Notes under the pieces: generated by a model
What the model saw: the letters and a program-made list of their open reading frames with translations, nothing else
What the model was told of the DNA's origin: nothing
Database searches by the model: none
Shown here: in pieces, positions 47,747-58,426 of the stretch
Numbering within the stretch: the stretch's first letter is position 1
Layout: every line of letters starts with the position of its first letter
Translations under genes and position numbers: made by a program
Virus record (IMG/VR): IMGVR_UViG_2974586258_000001
Coordinates: 1-64,000 of that record
DNA: 64,000 bases
Direction: 5' to 3' (one strand)
Source of the DNA: a virus
Taxonomy: Duplodnaviria; Caudoviricetes

Positions 47747-49888
47747 CTAACCCAGCAGCCATTCACCCGCATCTGCATCAACTACTGTCAAATGAATAGT
47801 ACCCAGCCCAGGAACGGTAGCAGGGTTGTTTAGCCCAATCCCCAGGATATTCCCCCCTGTATTAGGATACACTTTTTTAGCTGTACCAGTCACGTCAGTC
47901 ACTTGAATTTTGTGCCCATTGCCGACAAAAGCTGAGTTAGGTAATTTCAGGCCAGCATTACTTGCCCCTCCTGATACCCCAACCGTACGTACTGATTTGT
48001 CTATACTAGCTGCGGTAGATTGGGAAGTTCCAGTTGCGGTAATTTTTGCTACTGAGTTTCTTGTCTGGAACATCTCTTGTCGAATGACTTCTAGTGATTG
48101 GCCGTGTACATAGACATCCACATCATTGAGGCTGGGGGGTGTGCCGACCTGCGCAACCCCAGAAGGGTTGTATCCCCGCACAACGACGCGGTTATGTCCA
48201 CCGATACCGCCCCAATCTACCCAGCCCGCTTCCATGCCGCTACCGATCAGCTCAATATCACAGTTGGTTGACCCACCGTAAGTACCGCCGAAACGAATCC
48301 CCTTAGCTAGAGGCAGGCCAATACCTTTATACTCCTCACCAAGCCACGCCTTTATTATGCAGCTTGACCCGTCGTTTATAATGTTATCGCCATTCCACGG
48401 GTAATATATCCGGCAAGAGCCATCAATTATCGTCCCATTAGCGCCGTTGTAAACGTTCACCATCCCACCCTCGAAGTGCGATTCTATGAATTCATTACCA
48501 TCAGCGCCACCGCCGCCCGCGATGTACAGAGCATGCGATACCCTACTGGCTTGGCTTGGCGCACCCTGGTCTGTGTAGAAAAGAGAATATACGTGAACTT
48601 TTGACCAGCGAGCATTACCCTTCTCGACCAAGAGGTTTTTGTAAGTGTTTGTGGCCTTTTGCCCACTCGTGTGGATGATGATGTCGTCGCAATGAGAATC
48701 ATGCGGTCCGCCAAAGCGCCAGCCATTACCACCGCTATACCCGATGGTGATCGAACTAAACCTACCCTCAAGCCCTTCTGCCAAAGCGACTCCTGCGCCC
48801 CACTCAGTGCGCATACCATCATCAGCAGAGTGATAAATTCGCAGGTTTTTGAATTTATTCGTGCGCCCATAGTATTTGAGACATGTTCCTGATGTTATCC
48901 CGCTGGAATTACCTGGGCGTTGGCGGTTTCCGTTCAGTGCAAAATCAGACAATTCTAGATTATGCGCGCCTTCCTCACTACTAGTTCCAAATAGCGAGTC
49001 GGCGTTTTCCGAGCGAATTATATCAGACCCAGTAGATGCGCTATTTGGCGCTTTGAGCTCTGTTAGGTACTCACCAGCACCCCGCAATACTGTATCTTGG
49101 TACACGGTTACTCGTGAGCAATTAAATGGTGCATTACCGGGTGGCATTATAACTGGGTATTTCAGCGTGTGTGCGATATCCACCGCGCGTTGCAAGATAG
49201 GGGCGTTATCTGGGTTGGACAGTTTAAACCCGAGCCATGAGGCATTTAACTCATTACCTGCAATCACCAGAGTTGCCGTTTTTCCAGTTCCAGCATTTAG
49301 GATATCAATGCCGTTCGGAATGCCTCCGGCCACAACATTAAAGCGGGCATTATCACGGTCTGTGATTGTTAGTTTGGCTCCGACACCGTATCCCCCAGCA
49401 GACACCGAGGAAACAGTAGCAAAAAGTTCATTTCGCAACAGTTCACCGCTCCTGTCAACAAAACCACCGCCAGTCGGGTCTGTCCCAGCAATAACATTCC
49501 CAGCAGCTCCGGAGAAGATCTTATTTAACTTTTTGCTCCACAAGGTATCATTATCGTTAACTAGTGTACCACCATCTTCGAAACTGCCCGCTACGAGATT
49601 ATAGCCTGATTCGGCAGCAGATCTTTCCCAAAGAGTTCTGGTAGTGCTATCTTGCATTGCATTAAACATTTCACTATTTGTAACAGTATCGGTATTTCCT
49701 GATGGGACTAGATCTGACCGTGAAAAAGCTGTTTGTTTAAATGCTTCAAAATCATTGCCCCACTCAACATCTAAGGGTGTACCATCACCCATTCCCAATG
49801 TAGTCTCTTGCCTCAAGCTACCATAAGGATATTGAGGAGAAGGTGAGGATGCGTTAGGTTGATATTTTTCCCATGCTTTTACTGACAT
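47747..49888 (-). CDS. second tailspike / depolymerase (pectate-lyase-like beta-helix)
   Basis: YPYGS N-terminus; WERSAAESGYNLVAGSFEDG; DNAPILQRA...PPG; beta-helix repeats. Confidence 0.85.
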   Translation of the reverse strand: MSVKAWEKYQPNASSPSPQYPYGSLRQETTLGMGDGTPLDVEWGNDFEAFKQTAFSRSDLVPSGNTDTVTNSEMFNAMQDSTTRTLWERSAAESGYNLVAGSFEDGGTLVNDNDTLWSKKLNKIFSGAAGNVIAGTDPTGGGFVDRSGELLRNELFATVSSVSAGGYGVGAKLTITDRDNARFNVVAGGIPNGIDILNAGTGKTATLVIAGNELNASWLGFKLSNPDNAPILQRAVDIAHTLKYPVIMPPGNAPFNCSRVTVYQDTVLRGAGEYLTELKAPNSASTGSDIIRSENADSLFGTSSEEGAHNLELSDFALNGNRQRPGNSSGITSGTCLKYYGRTNKFKNLRIYHSADDGMRTEWGAGVALAEGLEGRFSSITIGYSGGNGWRFGGPHDSHCDDIIIHTSGQKATNTYKNLLVEKGNARWSKVHVYSLFYTDQGAPSQASRVSHALYIAGGGGADGNEFIESHFEGGMVNVYNGANGTIIDGSCRIYYPWNGDNIINDGSSCIIKAWLGEEYKGIGLPLAKGIRFGGTYGGSTNCDIELIGSGMEAGWVDWGGIGGHNRVVVRGYNPSGVAQVGTPPSLNDVDVYVHGQSLEVIRQEMFQTRNSVAKITATGTSQSTAASIDKSVRTVGVSGGASNAGLKLPNSAFVGNGHKIQVTDVTGTAKKVYPNTGGNILGIGLNNPATVPGLGTIHLTVVDADAGEWLLG

Positions 49889-49901
49889 TCAAATACTCCT
49901 C

Positions 49902-50513
49902 TTAAAATTCTTTCCAGCCGCCCCACGAAATGCCTTGCTGGCTCCATTGCAGCAGGGAGTTCCAACTTATTCTTCTAAAATCTTTGTACAAACCTTGCCA
50001 AGTGTTAATCCAAGTGGAATCACCAGTAAAAGGTAGTCTAAAATTAATAAAATGATAAAGCTTCGCTCCATATTCAACTTCACCTAAAGAAGGGCACAAA
50101 TCTTGTGCAGTTTCATCAGGAGATGGGTAATAATAACCGTCACCAAAGTAGGCAACATTGACTTCTTCAAGCTCTTGTGTTATTACTGTCAAATATGCTT
50201 CATACTGCCTAGTTTGCGTATTGAAACTGGAAGTAAAATCTTGTATTCTTAGCACATCTGGTTCTAGACGTACTGTTTCTCTAATCTTGGCATCAACAAC
50301 TTCTTTAGGTATTTTATTTCCTAAGTAACTTTCATAAGGGAAACCAAAATCTAAATTAAACTGCCATTCATTTTGCCAAATTGAAAATCTGAGCAACAAT
50401 CGTTGCCATAGTGAATTTATGTTCTCAGTAACTAATTGGAAATCCCCTGACTCTGTTATCAAGAGATCTCCGGTAGTTTGGTCTAATTGCAAATCTACAT
50501 ACTCGGTCGCCAC
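49902..50513 (-). CDS. baseplate wedge / sheath initiator with C-terminal extension
   Basis: GDL...Q.L..R.....EW..NLDFGFPY. Confidence 0.75.
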   Translation of the reverse strand: MATEYVDLQLDQTTGDLLITESGDFQLVTENINSLWQRLLLRFSIWQNEWQFNLDFGFPYESYLGNKIPKEVVDAKIRETVRLEPDVLRIQDFTSSFNTQTRQYEAYLTVITQELEEVNVAYFGDGYYYPSPDETAQDLCPSLGEVEYGAKLYHFINFRLPFTGDSTWINTWQGLYKDFRRISWNSLLQWSQQGISWGGWKEF

Positions 50514-50522
50514 ATAGACCTC

Positions 50523-51158
50523 TTATAGTTGGGGAGAAGGAATTACACCTCCTCCGTGTGTATGATTATTATAAACTTGTTTTACATTTCTCAAGCTGAT
50601 ACCATCACTTGTTACGAAGTCGCCGTCAGATGTTACTTTTGCCCCATTGATTTTGAAATATTGATCTGTAATGGCTTCAACACTATCCTTTTTGATTGTG
50701 ATTTTTGTTGTGTTGTGCTGGATAATTAGATTTTCAGGATCAATGGAAACTGGAGTTGTTTCAGTAGACAACTCAGAGATAAAACAAATTCCTTGAAGTA
50801 CGTGAGTATCTACATTCTTTTCTAGATCAATAGAAACTTTTCCACCTTTAAAACCATCCATAGGTTTCTCAGGAAACTTTACGACACCGATGTCACCTGC
50901 TTTAATAGGTACTGTTATTTTAATTGTACCACCTTGGGCACTATATGTATGAACTGGGACATCATATATCGTTGGGTATTTATAGTTTAAAAGTTGATCT
51001 ACAGGAGATACACCTTCATATAATATTTCAACATCAACTGTACCTTTTCCGTAATCTACTGCTACAACTTTAGCAGGCATCTGTGTATGTATTTCCTGCA
51101 TCTGTCTTCCGAGGTACAATGAGAGCGCATCATCAAACCTGTTAGATGTTATCTTCAA
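50523..51158 (-). CDS. baseplate central spike (gp138-like)
   Basis: HTQMPAKVV, PIKAGD, C-terminal HTH iron-binding tip. Confidence 0.85.
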   Translation of the reverse strand: MKITSNRFDDALSLYLGRQMQEIHTQMPAKVVAVDYGKGTVDVEILYEGVSPVDQLLNYKYPTIYDVPVHTYSAQGGTIKITVPIKAGDIGVVKFPEKPMDGFKGGKVSIDLEKNVDTHVLQGICFISELSTETTPVSIDPENLIIQHNTTKITIKKDSVEAITDQYFKINGAKVTSDGDFVTSDGISLRNVKQVYNNHTHGGGVIPSPQL

Positions 51159-51222
51159 TTATACCTCCAAGTAAAATATAGCAGAAACATTATGCATAGG
51201 TATTTATTAATAATGTTAACGG

Positions 51223-52137
51223 TTATTGAACAAGAGTCCCTGTTGTTTCTACAAGTTGCAGAGTACTCATCCAGTCCCCACCTTCGTAACTTCCGTTGTG
51301 TGTTACTTTAATTACTTTATAAAATCCATCATAATAGCTGGACTTTAAGTAAATAGTAGATTCTGGAATAATTGCGCCCAATAATTGTGTTTTAACTTCA
51401 AGACCAACATCTTCTTTTGTTGCATCTTGTGCTGCTTTGGCAACTTTGCTCATGTAGGGTTGTTTGGGGGAAGGTGAACCAATCATCCCTGTTTCTTCGC
51501 TTACCTCATAAACAAACTGTTCAAAACGCTTACCAGTTACTGTAACATAACTTGCACCATCTTGGACTGAGAAATTGGCACCAAATTCTTTACAGAACTT
51601 AGAAAGGCTATCTGAACATTTCCCAGAGAATGAACGAGCAGATTGAATTGAACCAGAAACATTAGCAATACGTCCAATCGGAAGTTTCATATCTGAAACT
51701 AGGTCGCTGATAATTTTATTTGCAGAAGTTCCAGCACGATAAGATCTGTTAGTCTTAGCATAAGCTAAATTTTGTTTTGCATCACCAAAGATAAATTTAG
51801 TTTTCCGTGTATGTCTGTCCCAACTATCTTCCATATATTCAACTGCACCCGCAAAGACTTGGACATTATTTCCGTCTTGTCCTGCTTCTAGGATTCCACC
51901 TAATGAATTATCAAGGTTATCTTTTAGATATTGTACAATTGTATCTGGTAAGTTATAGACAGTAACATAGGCTTTGTTTGGTTTGTCTGTATTGTCCTTG
52001 ACAACCTCAAACTCTATCTGTAAACTATCTTTTATTTGGTAAGCATTGTTTTCAGATTTATCAACAGACTCTTGGATATTGATTGTGTTTCCTGTGAATC
52101 TAACTGGCTTACCAATAATAAAATTGTATGTTCTCAC
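51223..52137 (-). CDS. baseplate hub protein
   Basis: VTVYNL, SVQDG, TGMIGSP. Confidence 0.8.
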   Translation of the reverse strand: MRTYNFIIGKPVRFTGNTINIQESVDKSENNAYQIKDSLQIEFEVVKDNTDKPNKAYVTVYNLPDTIVQYLKDNLDNSLGGILEAGQDGNNVQVFAGAVEYMEDSWDRHTRKTKFIFGDAKQNLAYAKTNRSYRAGTSANKIISDLVSDMKLPIGRIANVSGSIQSARSFSGKCSDSLSKFCKEFGANFSVQDGASYVTVTGKRFEQFVYEVSEETGMIGSPSPKQPYMSKVAKAAQDATKEDVGLEVKTQLLGAIIPESTIYLKSSYYDGFYKVIKVTHNGSYEGGDWMSTLQLVETTGTLVQ

Positions 52138-52154
52138 AGGGTGTACCTCTAATT

Positions 52155-52487
52155 TTAACTATCAGGACTATTATACCACAACTCAATTTGTTTTGAAGGG
52201 CCCACATTGTATTGCGTAATTCTGGCACTAAAATCAGCTAGTGCGGCGGCAATAATATCCCCAGAAGAAAGATTGAGACTATAATTGTACGGAGTCAGAT
52301 GTTTTGTATAAGATGATAATTTAAAAGAAACTGTAGGGTCAGCACCTACATCACCAATATACATTGTCCAACTTTCTCCTCGTTCATTGTATATGAACCT
52401 GACTTCATATGTTTTATCATCTATAACAATACGTTGAGTTTGGTCTGGGTATCCATCTTCAATGTCGAATACTTGAGAGGTAGCCAT
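52155..52487 (-). CDS. baseplate protein
   Basis: YNER...W motif; position in the tail module. Confidence 0.65.
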   Translation of the reverse strand: MATSQVFDIEDGYPDQTQRIVIDDKTYEVRFIYNERGESWTMYIGDVGADPTVSFKLSSYTKHLTPYNYSLNLSSGDIIAAALADFSARITQYNVGPSKQIELWYNSPDS

Positions 52488-53215
52488 TAATTACCTCCAA
52501 AACTTAATTTAGATTGGACTTGACTTTGTGGAACAGAGGTTGTTAGTCCTTCATCTAAAAAGATCTTACTAAACGGAGCTGTCAAGTTTTTAGTCTCAGT
52601 AACTGTAACTTCTTTTCTGCGAATTAAATCGGGAACACTACCTTGCTTAGCCCCTTTATTTTGATTTGTTTTTGATGTGTTGTTTAAATCAGCACCAACA
52701 TTTATAGCAAGGACCGTTTTTCCTACAGTAACAGTTCTCATTTCACTAAGTGAAATATTAAATGTCATTTGGTCTGATGGACCTTCACGATTCATATCAA
52801 GCGAGCTGATAACGTAATTACTGATTGCACCTTCTTCAAATTCTAATGATATTCCGGCACGACTATCCCGTGCTGCTTTTAATACTTCATAAGCTTTTGA
52901 AATACGTCCTGAAGATTTTGGAGAATTTGGGTCTGTGTTGGTATCCCATTCTACTTCTTTTCTTACGAGGTATGGTGCAGTAGTAACACGACCAACAAAA
53001 CTAAACTTTCCATCAGGAGAGAATACATGGTCTGTAATGTTAGAGCGTGATTCTATAGGATATTGTGTTTTTTCGTTTTGTAATGAAATATTGTAGTTAT
53101 CTACACTATCAAAAATCATTACAATTTCAGACTCTGGTAGAGCAGAAAGCTTTGAATTTATGTCAGATGCTTTTGTTCCACTCTTTAGGCCAGAGATAAA
53201 CATTGTGTAAGCCAT
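52487..53215 (-). CDS. tail tube initiator / Dit-like protein
   Basis: TQYPIES.SNITDH motif. Confidence 0.7.
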   Translation of the reverse strand: MAYTMFISGLKSGTKASDINSKLSALPESEIVMIFDSVDNYNISLQNEKTQYPIESRSNITDHVFSPDGKFSFVGRVTTAPYLVRKEVEWDTNTDPNSPKSSGRISKAYEVLKAARDSRAGISLEFEEGAISNYVISSLDMNREGPSDQMTFNISLSEMRTVTVGKTVLAINVGADLNNTSKTNQNKGAKQGSVPDLIRRKEVTVTETKNLTAPFSKIFLDEGLTTSVPQSQVQSKLSFGGN

Positions 53216-53386
53216 TATTAATCCCTATGTTATTCATTTATCAATAACATTATAAACTTATAAATAATCTTATCACAAAAACATAAAATATTCAAGAGTT
53301 TAACAATGCTTTAAATATTAAAATTAGAAACAATATTAAAATAAAGGGTTGAATTAACAACCCTTTTAATTTGTTTAAGACTATTA

Positions 53387-55537
53387 TTAGTCTGACATCA
53401 AGTTAATCAGCGTATTACCGAAATTAGAAGTCCCTGCATCTACTTCAACTTTAACAGCATCAGCAAACTTAGTGCCATCAGGAACAACTTTTACATTAAT
53501 AGTTTGTGGTGACTGATTCATCAAAGGAGAAGGCCCTGACATTGGTGCAAGTACAGAAGGAACCCTGATACCTGAGACAGAAGATTGCAAACTTGGTCGC
53601 ATATCTGTTCGCATAGTTGGGGCACCAAATATGCTATCAACAACACTCTTTTGCCAAGGGACAAAATAATCTTGGACAAAATTATGGAACAAGTAGAATG
53701 AGCCAGCTCCCATAGCAACAGGTGTTGCCCCAAATCTTGCTGCTCCTGCTGTGGCAGCTCCAGCTCCCCCTGTTGCAGCCGCTGCTGCACCACCTACGGC
53801 GGTTGCTGCTGGAAGCAACTTAGGAATCATTTTAAGAGCTTTGACGATTGACCACAAAAACCCTGAAAGTTTAGCAAAAGCACTAGCTGCAATTAAAACA
53901 CCTGCTGCTTGCGCTACCCAACTACCTTCAATTTCTTTTAGTGCAGGAATTAATTGTGTCAGAGGATCAAGAATATATTTATTAAGATAATGGTATGTCA
54001 ACAATGAAACATCGTGAACTGTTCCACCAAAATACATAAAACCATCAACTAACCCACCAAGAGCAATACCGATTGCTCTAGCTGCACCTTCATTGTTTTT
54101 AAGTGCAAAAGCTAGACTGTTAAATGTGCGAGTCAAAGCCTCACCAAAGCCTGACATGAAGATTACGTTTTGGAAATTAGTCCATGTTTGTTGTAAGCGG
54201 CGCATAGCAACACCATTACTATTGAGCATTTTTTCAAGTGCTCCGCCTTTCTTGGCTGCATCAGACATCATCTTCCCCATCAAAGGTAAGATATCCTCTG
54301 CGAGTAACTGTCCTTTTTCCATCATTTTAAAAAATTCAGGGGTTGTCAACTCTTTTCCTGAAAATTCCGATGCAGCTTTTCTAAAAAGATCTAATGCTCC
54401 GGGGAGCTGCTCGCCGATTTGATTTTTTACTTCTTCGCTCATCAATTGCCCTTTGTTGGCAATTTGTGTAAAACCAAGAAGTGCTTTTTCAAATCTAAAC
54501 TGGTCAAGCCCGAGAGCTGTGGAGTATTCACTAAGACCAGTAAACAATTCTTGGGTTTGTCCACTTGACATGATTTCTTTAGATGCTACGCTCATCTGAA
54601 CGAAACCTTGAGCTGCTGTCTTCAAATCAAGGCCCAATCTATAGGCTTCATCTCTGATAAATTGAATCTTAGAAGCTGTCTCAGAGGTGCTATCAGATGT
54701 CATAGACATTGCAGCATTAATACCTTCAAACATCTGACCTGTGCGCATAACTGCGGCACCACCAGTAAATGCAAGGTTGGCTGCCGTCAAAGCAATAAAG
54801 GCTGAACGGACTTCACGCAATGTTCCAAGGAAATCTCTGCCACCCGCACTAGCTCGCTTGAAATCACGTTCTAATGCTGCTACACTCTGTCTATATACTT
54901 GTAAGCTAATTGCACCAGATTTTAATTGAGCATTTAATGATGCTACCTGTTGACCCATTGCTGCATTTCCAGCACCTCCAAACATACTTGTACGTCTGAT
55001 ATTTCCCGCACTGATTGTTTCTTGGGCTCTTGCAGATCTATTGGCTTCATTTCGTTGATTTCGTATTGCTTCTCTACGAGCAATCAGCATATCACGAGAA
55101 GGCATAGGGCCCATGAATTGCCCTGCAATCTTATTCTTAAATTGTTCTTGTCGTTTTGCTTCAGATTCTTGCCTGCGAGCATCAATCTCTCTTAATTTTC
55201 TAAGGGTATCATTATGCTTTTTTGTTGCTGTTTCTGTTTGTCTTGCAATTCGTGCTTGTTCTTGGACAGCTTTCTTTGCTTCCCGTTGCTGCATTTTAGT
55301 ATTGGTTCCGGGGGAGAATGGCATAGGGCCAACAAATTGACTCCGGCTGCCACCACCTCCCCTGCCAGATGTTCCTGCAATCCTACGTCCGGCAGACATA
55401 GCAGAACTCATCTTTCCCTGCACCTTTGCCCATTCCGAGCCAACTTTTCGTATAGCCATTAATGCACGTTTATACGAGGTGTTGTCAACTTTGAAGGTTA
55501 CAATATTTGTGATTTTGCTCACATTTATTTCTGTCAC
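53387..55537 (-). CDS. tape measure protein
   Basis: Ala/Gly-rich helical protein; KGQLMSEEVKNQIGEQLPGA tape-measure motif. Confidence 0.9.
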   Translation of the reverse strand: MTEINVSKITNIVTFKVDNTSYKRALMAIRKVGSEWAKVQGKMSSAMSAGRRIAGTSGRGGGGSRSQFVGPMPFSPGTNTKMQQREAKKAVQEQARIARQTETATKKHNDTLRKLREIDARRQESEAKRQEQFKNKIAGQFMGPMPSRDMLIARREAIRNQRNEANRSARAQETISAGNIRRTSMFGGAGNAAMGQQVASLNAQLKSGAISLQVYRQSVAALERDFKRASAGGRDFLGTLREVRSAFIALTAANLAFTGGAAVMRTGQMFEGINAAMSMTSDSTSETASKIQFIRDEAYRLGLDLKTAAQGFVQMSVASKEIMSSGQTQELFTGLSEYSTALGLDQFRFEKALLGFTQIANKGQLMSEEVKNQIGEQLPGALDLFRKAASEFSGKELTTPEFFKMMEKGQLLAEDILPLMGKMMSDAAKKGGALEKMLNSNGVAMRRLQQTWTNFQNVIFMSGFGEALTRTFNSLAFALKNNEGAARAIGIALGGLVDGFMYFGGTVHDVSLLTYHYLNKYILDPLTQLIPALKEIEGSWVAQAAGVLIAASAFAKLSGFLWSIVKALKMIPKLLPAATAVGGAAAAATGGAGAATAGAARFGATPVAMGAGSFYLFHNFVQDYFVPWQKSVVDSIFGAPTMRTDMRPSLQSSVSGIRVPSVLAPMSGPSPLMNQSPQTINVKVVPDGTKFADAVKVEVDAGTSNFGNTLINLMSD

Positions 55538-55615
55538 TTTTCCTCACATTTATATTGTTGTGAAACAAAATAAGCCGCCACCTTTTCAGGGGCAGCCTAA
55601 AAGCTTATCTACAAA

Positions 55616-56008
55616 TTATGACCGTCTAGGTTTGTTGTTCATACGTTCTACTTCGTCATCTTGAACAGCCTGAGCAACATTTTCTACAAATGTTTTCATT
55701 TCAACGTAATCGTTCAACCTAAATAGATCATCCATTGAGATTTCATCCAAAGAGAATATAGTTTCATTAGTAGAACTCAAGACATTAAATCTTAACATAT
55801 CAAACCAGTCGAGATGGGAATTCTCCCCCACATATTGAATAGCTTTTTTAACTATAGGGTTAATTTTGATTTGTTTTGATTTTCTAAGTACTAAGCTTAT
55901 TTCTTCTTTGCTTAACTTTTGGTCTTGTTCAGTTGATTGTCCAGACTTGCTACCTTCAGCGCTTCCTGAACCAATTCTTTGATCTGGTTCAGCGCCTTGC
56001 CGAAAAAA
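55616..56008 (-). CDS. tail assembly chaperone GT extension (-1 frameshift frame)
   Basis: -1 frame is open from 56011 to the stop at 55616; slippery T TTT TTC at 56008-56002. Confidence 0.7.
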   Translation of the reverse strand, partial: FFRQGAEPDQRIGSGSAEGSKSGQSTEQDQKLSKEEISLVLRKSKQIKINPIVKKAIQYVGENSHLDWFDMLRFNVLSSTNETIFSLDEISMDDLFRLNDYVEMKTFVENVAQAVQDDEVERMNNKPRRS

Positions 56009-56367
56009 CTCTTATAGTAGTGTTCTAGGCACTTAGTAAGAATTTCAAGAACTTCGTGTGGCTCTAGGTCATCCATGTCTAACTTGCCAACACCGCCTGC
56101 ACCAGTGACATCTTCTGTAATCAATGCGAACAGTTTCTCGAAACCTTTATCGTCTAGTTCTTCACAAACAAATAGCAATACTCCGGGCACTACTTCACTC
56201 AACCGTTCACCACCTTGCAGTGCTTCAGTTAATGCAGAGGACATAGGTGCAAACAACTTACCAAGTTTAAACAGGTTCTGATATGTCTTGCGTGTACTCC
56301 AATCTGTGATAAAGTAATCTTTCTTATTAGAGAGTGTGACTTCGTGAGCCATCAATTGTTTTGCCAT
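55912..56367 (-). CDS. tail assembly chaperone G
   Basis: Lies between the tube and tape measure genes. Confidence 0.8.
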   Translation of the reverse strand: MAKQLMAHEVTLSNKKDYFITDWSTRKTYQNLFKLGKLFAPMSSALTEALQGGERLSEVVPGVLLFVCEELDDKGFEKLFALITEDVTGAGGVGKLDMDDLEPHEVLEILTKCLEHYYKSFFGKALNQIKELVQEALKVASLDNQLNKTKS

Positions 56368-56497
56368 TATAAAATTCCTTTAGCTTTGTAGTTTAAAATT
56401 GCTTATAATATAGTTATTGTTTTTGTTGCTAAAAAGAGGGTGCCGCTACCGACACCCAACTACATAGCAAACTTTATTATATTTTATATTGCTTATT

Positions 56498-56971
56498 TTA
56501 TACGATACCCAAGAAACCTGCTGCCGCGCCAAGAACACCAGTAGCAGTAGAAGGTGCATACCAGCAATCCAAGACATAGAGTTCCCAGTCGAGTGTGCCT
56601 CCTTCCGATCCATAAGTAAGATCAGGTTGGCGTTGAATATTTGCAAATGAAGCAATAGTCGGACCTTGAGAACCTTCAAGCAGGATGGGGAACCACACTA
56701 GACCTGTAGCATCAGCTTGTTTTTGCCAAGCACTCAGATAGTCATTAAATCCAGAGGCATTCTGAAGGCTCAGTGTAAGTACACCAGAACGGTCACGAGA
56801 AAGGGCGGCAGACGCCTCCCCATCAGTACCAGTCATGGTCATAATATTGTCACTGTTACGACTTACAGTGATTTTAGTATCTGGTGCAAAGCCGTATGCA
56901 CGGACACCACCCAAGTAAAGCTTGACGTTCTTAGGGTCATATGCTTGCAAGGAAAGCAGTTGTGTAGACAT
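56498..56971 (-). CDS. tail tube protein
   Basis: YDPKNV...G.DGE...SG.LTLSLQ.S. Confidence 0.85.
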   Translation of the reverse strand: MSTQLLSLQAYDPKNVKLYLGGVRAYGFAPDTKITVSRNSDNIMTMTGTDGEASAALSRDRSGVLTLSLQNASGFNDYLSAWQKQADATGLVWFPILLEGSQGPTIASFANIQRQPDLTYGSEGGTLDWELYVLDCWYAPSTATGVLGAAAGFLGIV

Positions 56972-56995
56972 TGTTTATTTTCTCCTGTTCAGCAA

Positions 56996-58390
56996 TTAAG
57001 CAGTAATACGGTCAAGTTCAACAAATGCGCGGATCTTGATGAAGTGCAGGCTGTTGTTGTAAACTACCTCGATACGGCAGTTGTCAAGGAAGCGAGCTGC
57101 AAGATCGTTAGTTGGGATTTGATTGCGGGGCGGAATCACAATAATCGGGCTGTAATCTGTCTTACCATCTGAGCTAAACCCATCCAAAATACCACCATTA
57201 CGAATTGCTGGGTTAATTGGGTCATTCAGCCAAATACTGCGCAATACAGGAAGGTCTTGGTCAGACATCTTCATGCTTTGTCCCAAGTTACTACGGCGAT
57301 AGAGATAGCCGAACGTACTTTCGTCCAACTTAGCCTTAAACCAATGGCTAAAGCGGATAGTATCGAAATACTGACCGGATGCTACCTTACCTTCCCAAAT
57401 AACATTCTGACCTTTTACTGTACGATAGACGTTACCATTCTTGTCCCATACAGTCTCACGGTCAGTAACAGAGCTGGCATAGACTGCAATAGATGGCATA
57501 GTCTTCAGGTGCAGTGAATCACCAAAGCTTGGATCTACGGTTGCACATGCCCCTACAATCCCACCTTCACTCCAATCTTCGTCAGCATCAGGATGATAGA
57601 AACCAATGGAGGTATCATATGCCAAAGCTTTCAATTCAGACACAATATCAGTTGTCAATGCAGGATTGACAATATCTGTATCAGCAGAGCTATAAACATG
57701 CATACGATTAGGTTCTGCACTTGCAGCATAAGCAGCAGCGGCTTTGATATCAGTATCAGTATGGCTTTCGGTACTCAGGAAATACCAATTGCTATCTTCT
57801 GCATTAATCAACGGTAGACCAACAGCTACAGTTTCAGAGCTGGTGTTGTTAATGACATACTGGCCTTCCATAGAATAACCGACACTGACTACTTCGGATG
57901 CAGTAGGTGCAATAGTTACAACACCGAGAGCACTAGAAGCAGTGATCAGAGCCCCAATATCAGTATCAGCTTCAAGGGCGGCAGCTACTGCGGTAGCAGC
58001 CTGAGTGGGAGTAGATGCAGCAGACAAGGAAGCAGTCGAGATAACCTTAACAAAAGAACTGGTATTTGTTTTAACGGTAACGTTCAGTGTCAAAACACCA
58101 GAATAAGAAGCTTGATTATAAGTCACAGTTGTGCCAGTATAAGCAAGTCGCCCAACTTTAACTACATCGGGACGGAACTTACCAGCAAAACAGTTTTCAG
58201 CAAAACGATGCACTGGGCTGCCTACTGCAAAACCAGCAGAAACAATACTATCAAGATCGCTGTAAGATTGAACTCGTGTAGTAAAAACATTAGTAGGTGT
58301 AACGAATAGGGGTGTGTCGAAGCCTAGTTGGTCGATTGGACTAGTTCCAAGTGAAACTACTACATCGACAACTTTATCTTTGTATGCCAT
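56996..58390 (-). CDS. tail sheath protein (DUF3383-like)
   Basis: GFDTPLF, KNGNVY, GKVASGQYFD..R..W. Confidence 0.9.
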   Translation of the reverse strand: MAYKDKVVDVVVSLGTSPIDQLGFDTPLFVTPTNVFTTRVQSYSDLDSIVSAGFAVGSPVHRFAENCFAGKFRPDVVKVGRLAYTGTTVTYNQASYSGVLTLNVTVKTNTSSFVKVISTASLSAASTPTQAATAVAAALEADTDIGALITASSALGVVTIAPTASEVVSVGYSMEGQYVINNTSSETVAVGLPLINAEDSNWYFLSTESHTDTDIKAAAAYAASAEPNRMHVYSSADTDIVNPALTTDIVSELKALAYDTSIGFYHPDADEDWSEGGIVGACATVDPSFGDSLHLKTMPSIAVYASSVTDRETVWDKNGNVYRTVKGQNVIWEGKVASGQYFDTIRFSHWFKAKLDESTFGYLYRRSNLGQSMKMSDQDLPVLRSIWLNDPINPAIRNGGILDGFSSDGKTDYSPIIVIPPRNQIPTNDLAARFLDNCRIEVVYNNSLHFIKIRAFVELDRITA

Positions 58391-58426
58391 GAATATTAAT
58401 CCTCTTTATTTGTGGATTGATTAAAA

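Noticed and set aside
48876-49604. 242-aa plus-strand ORF (also 62153-62965 and 41042-41542)
   Set aside because: Antisense shadows of codon-biased structural genes
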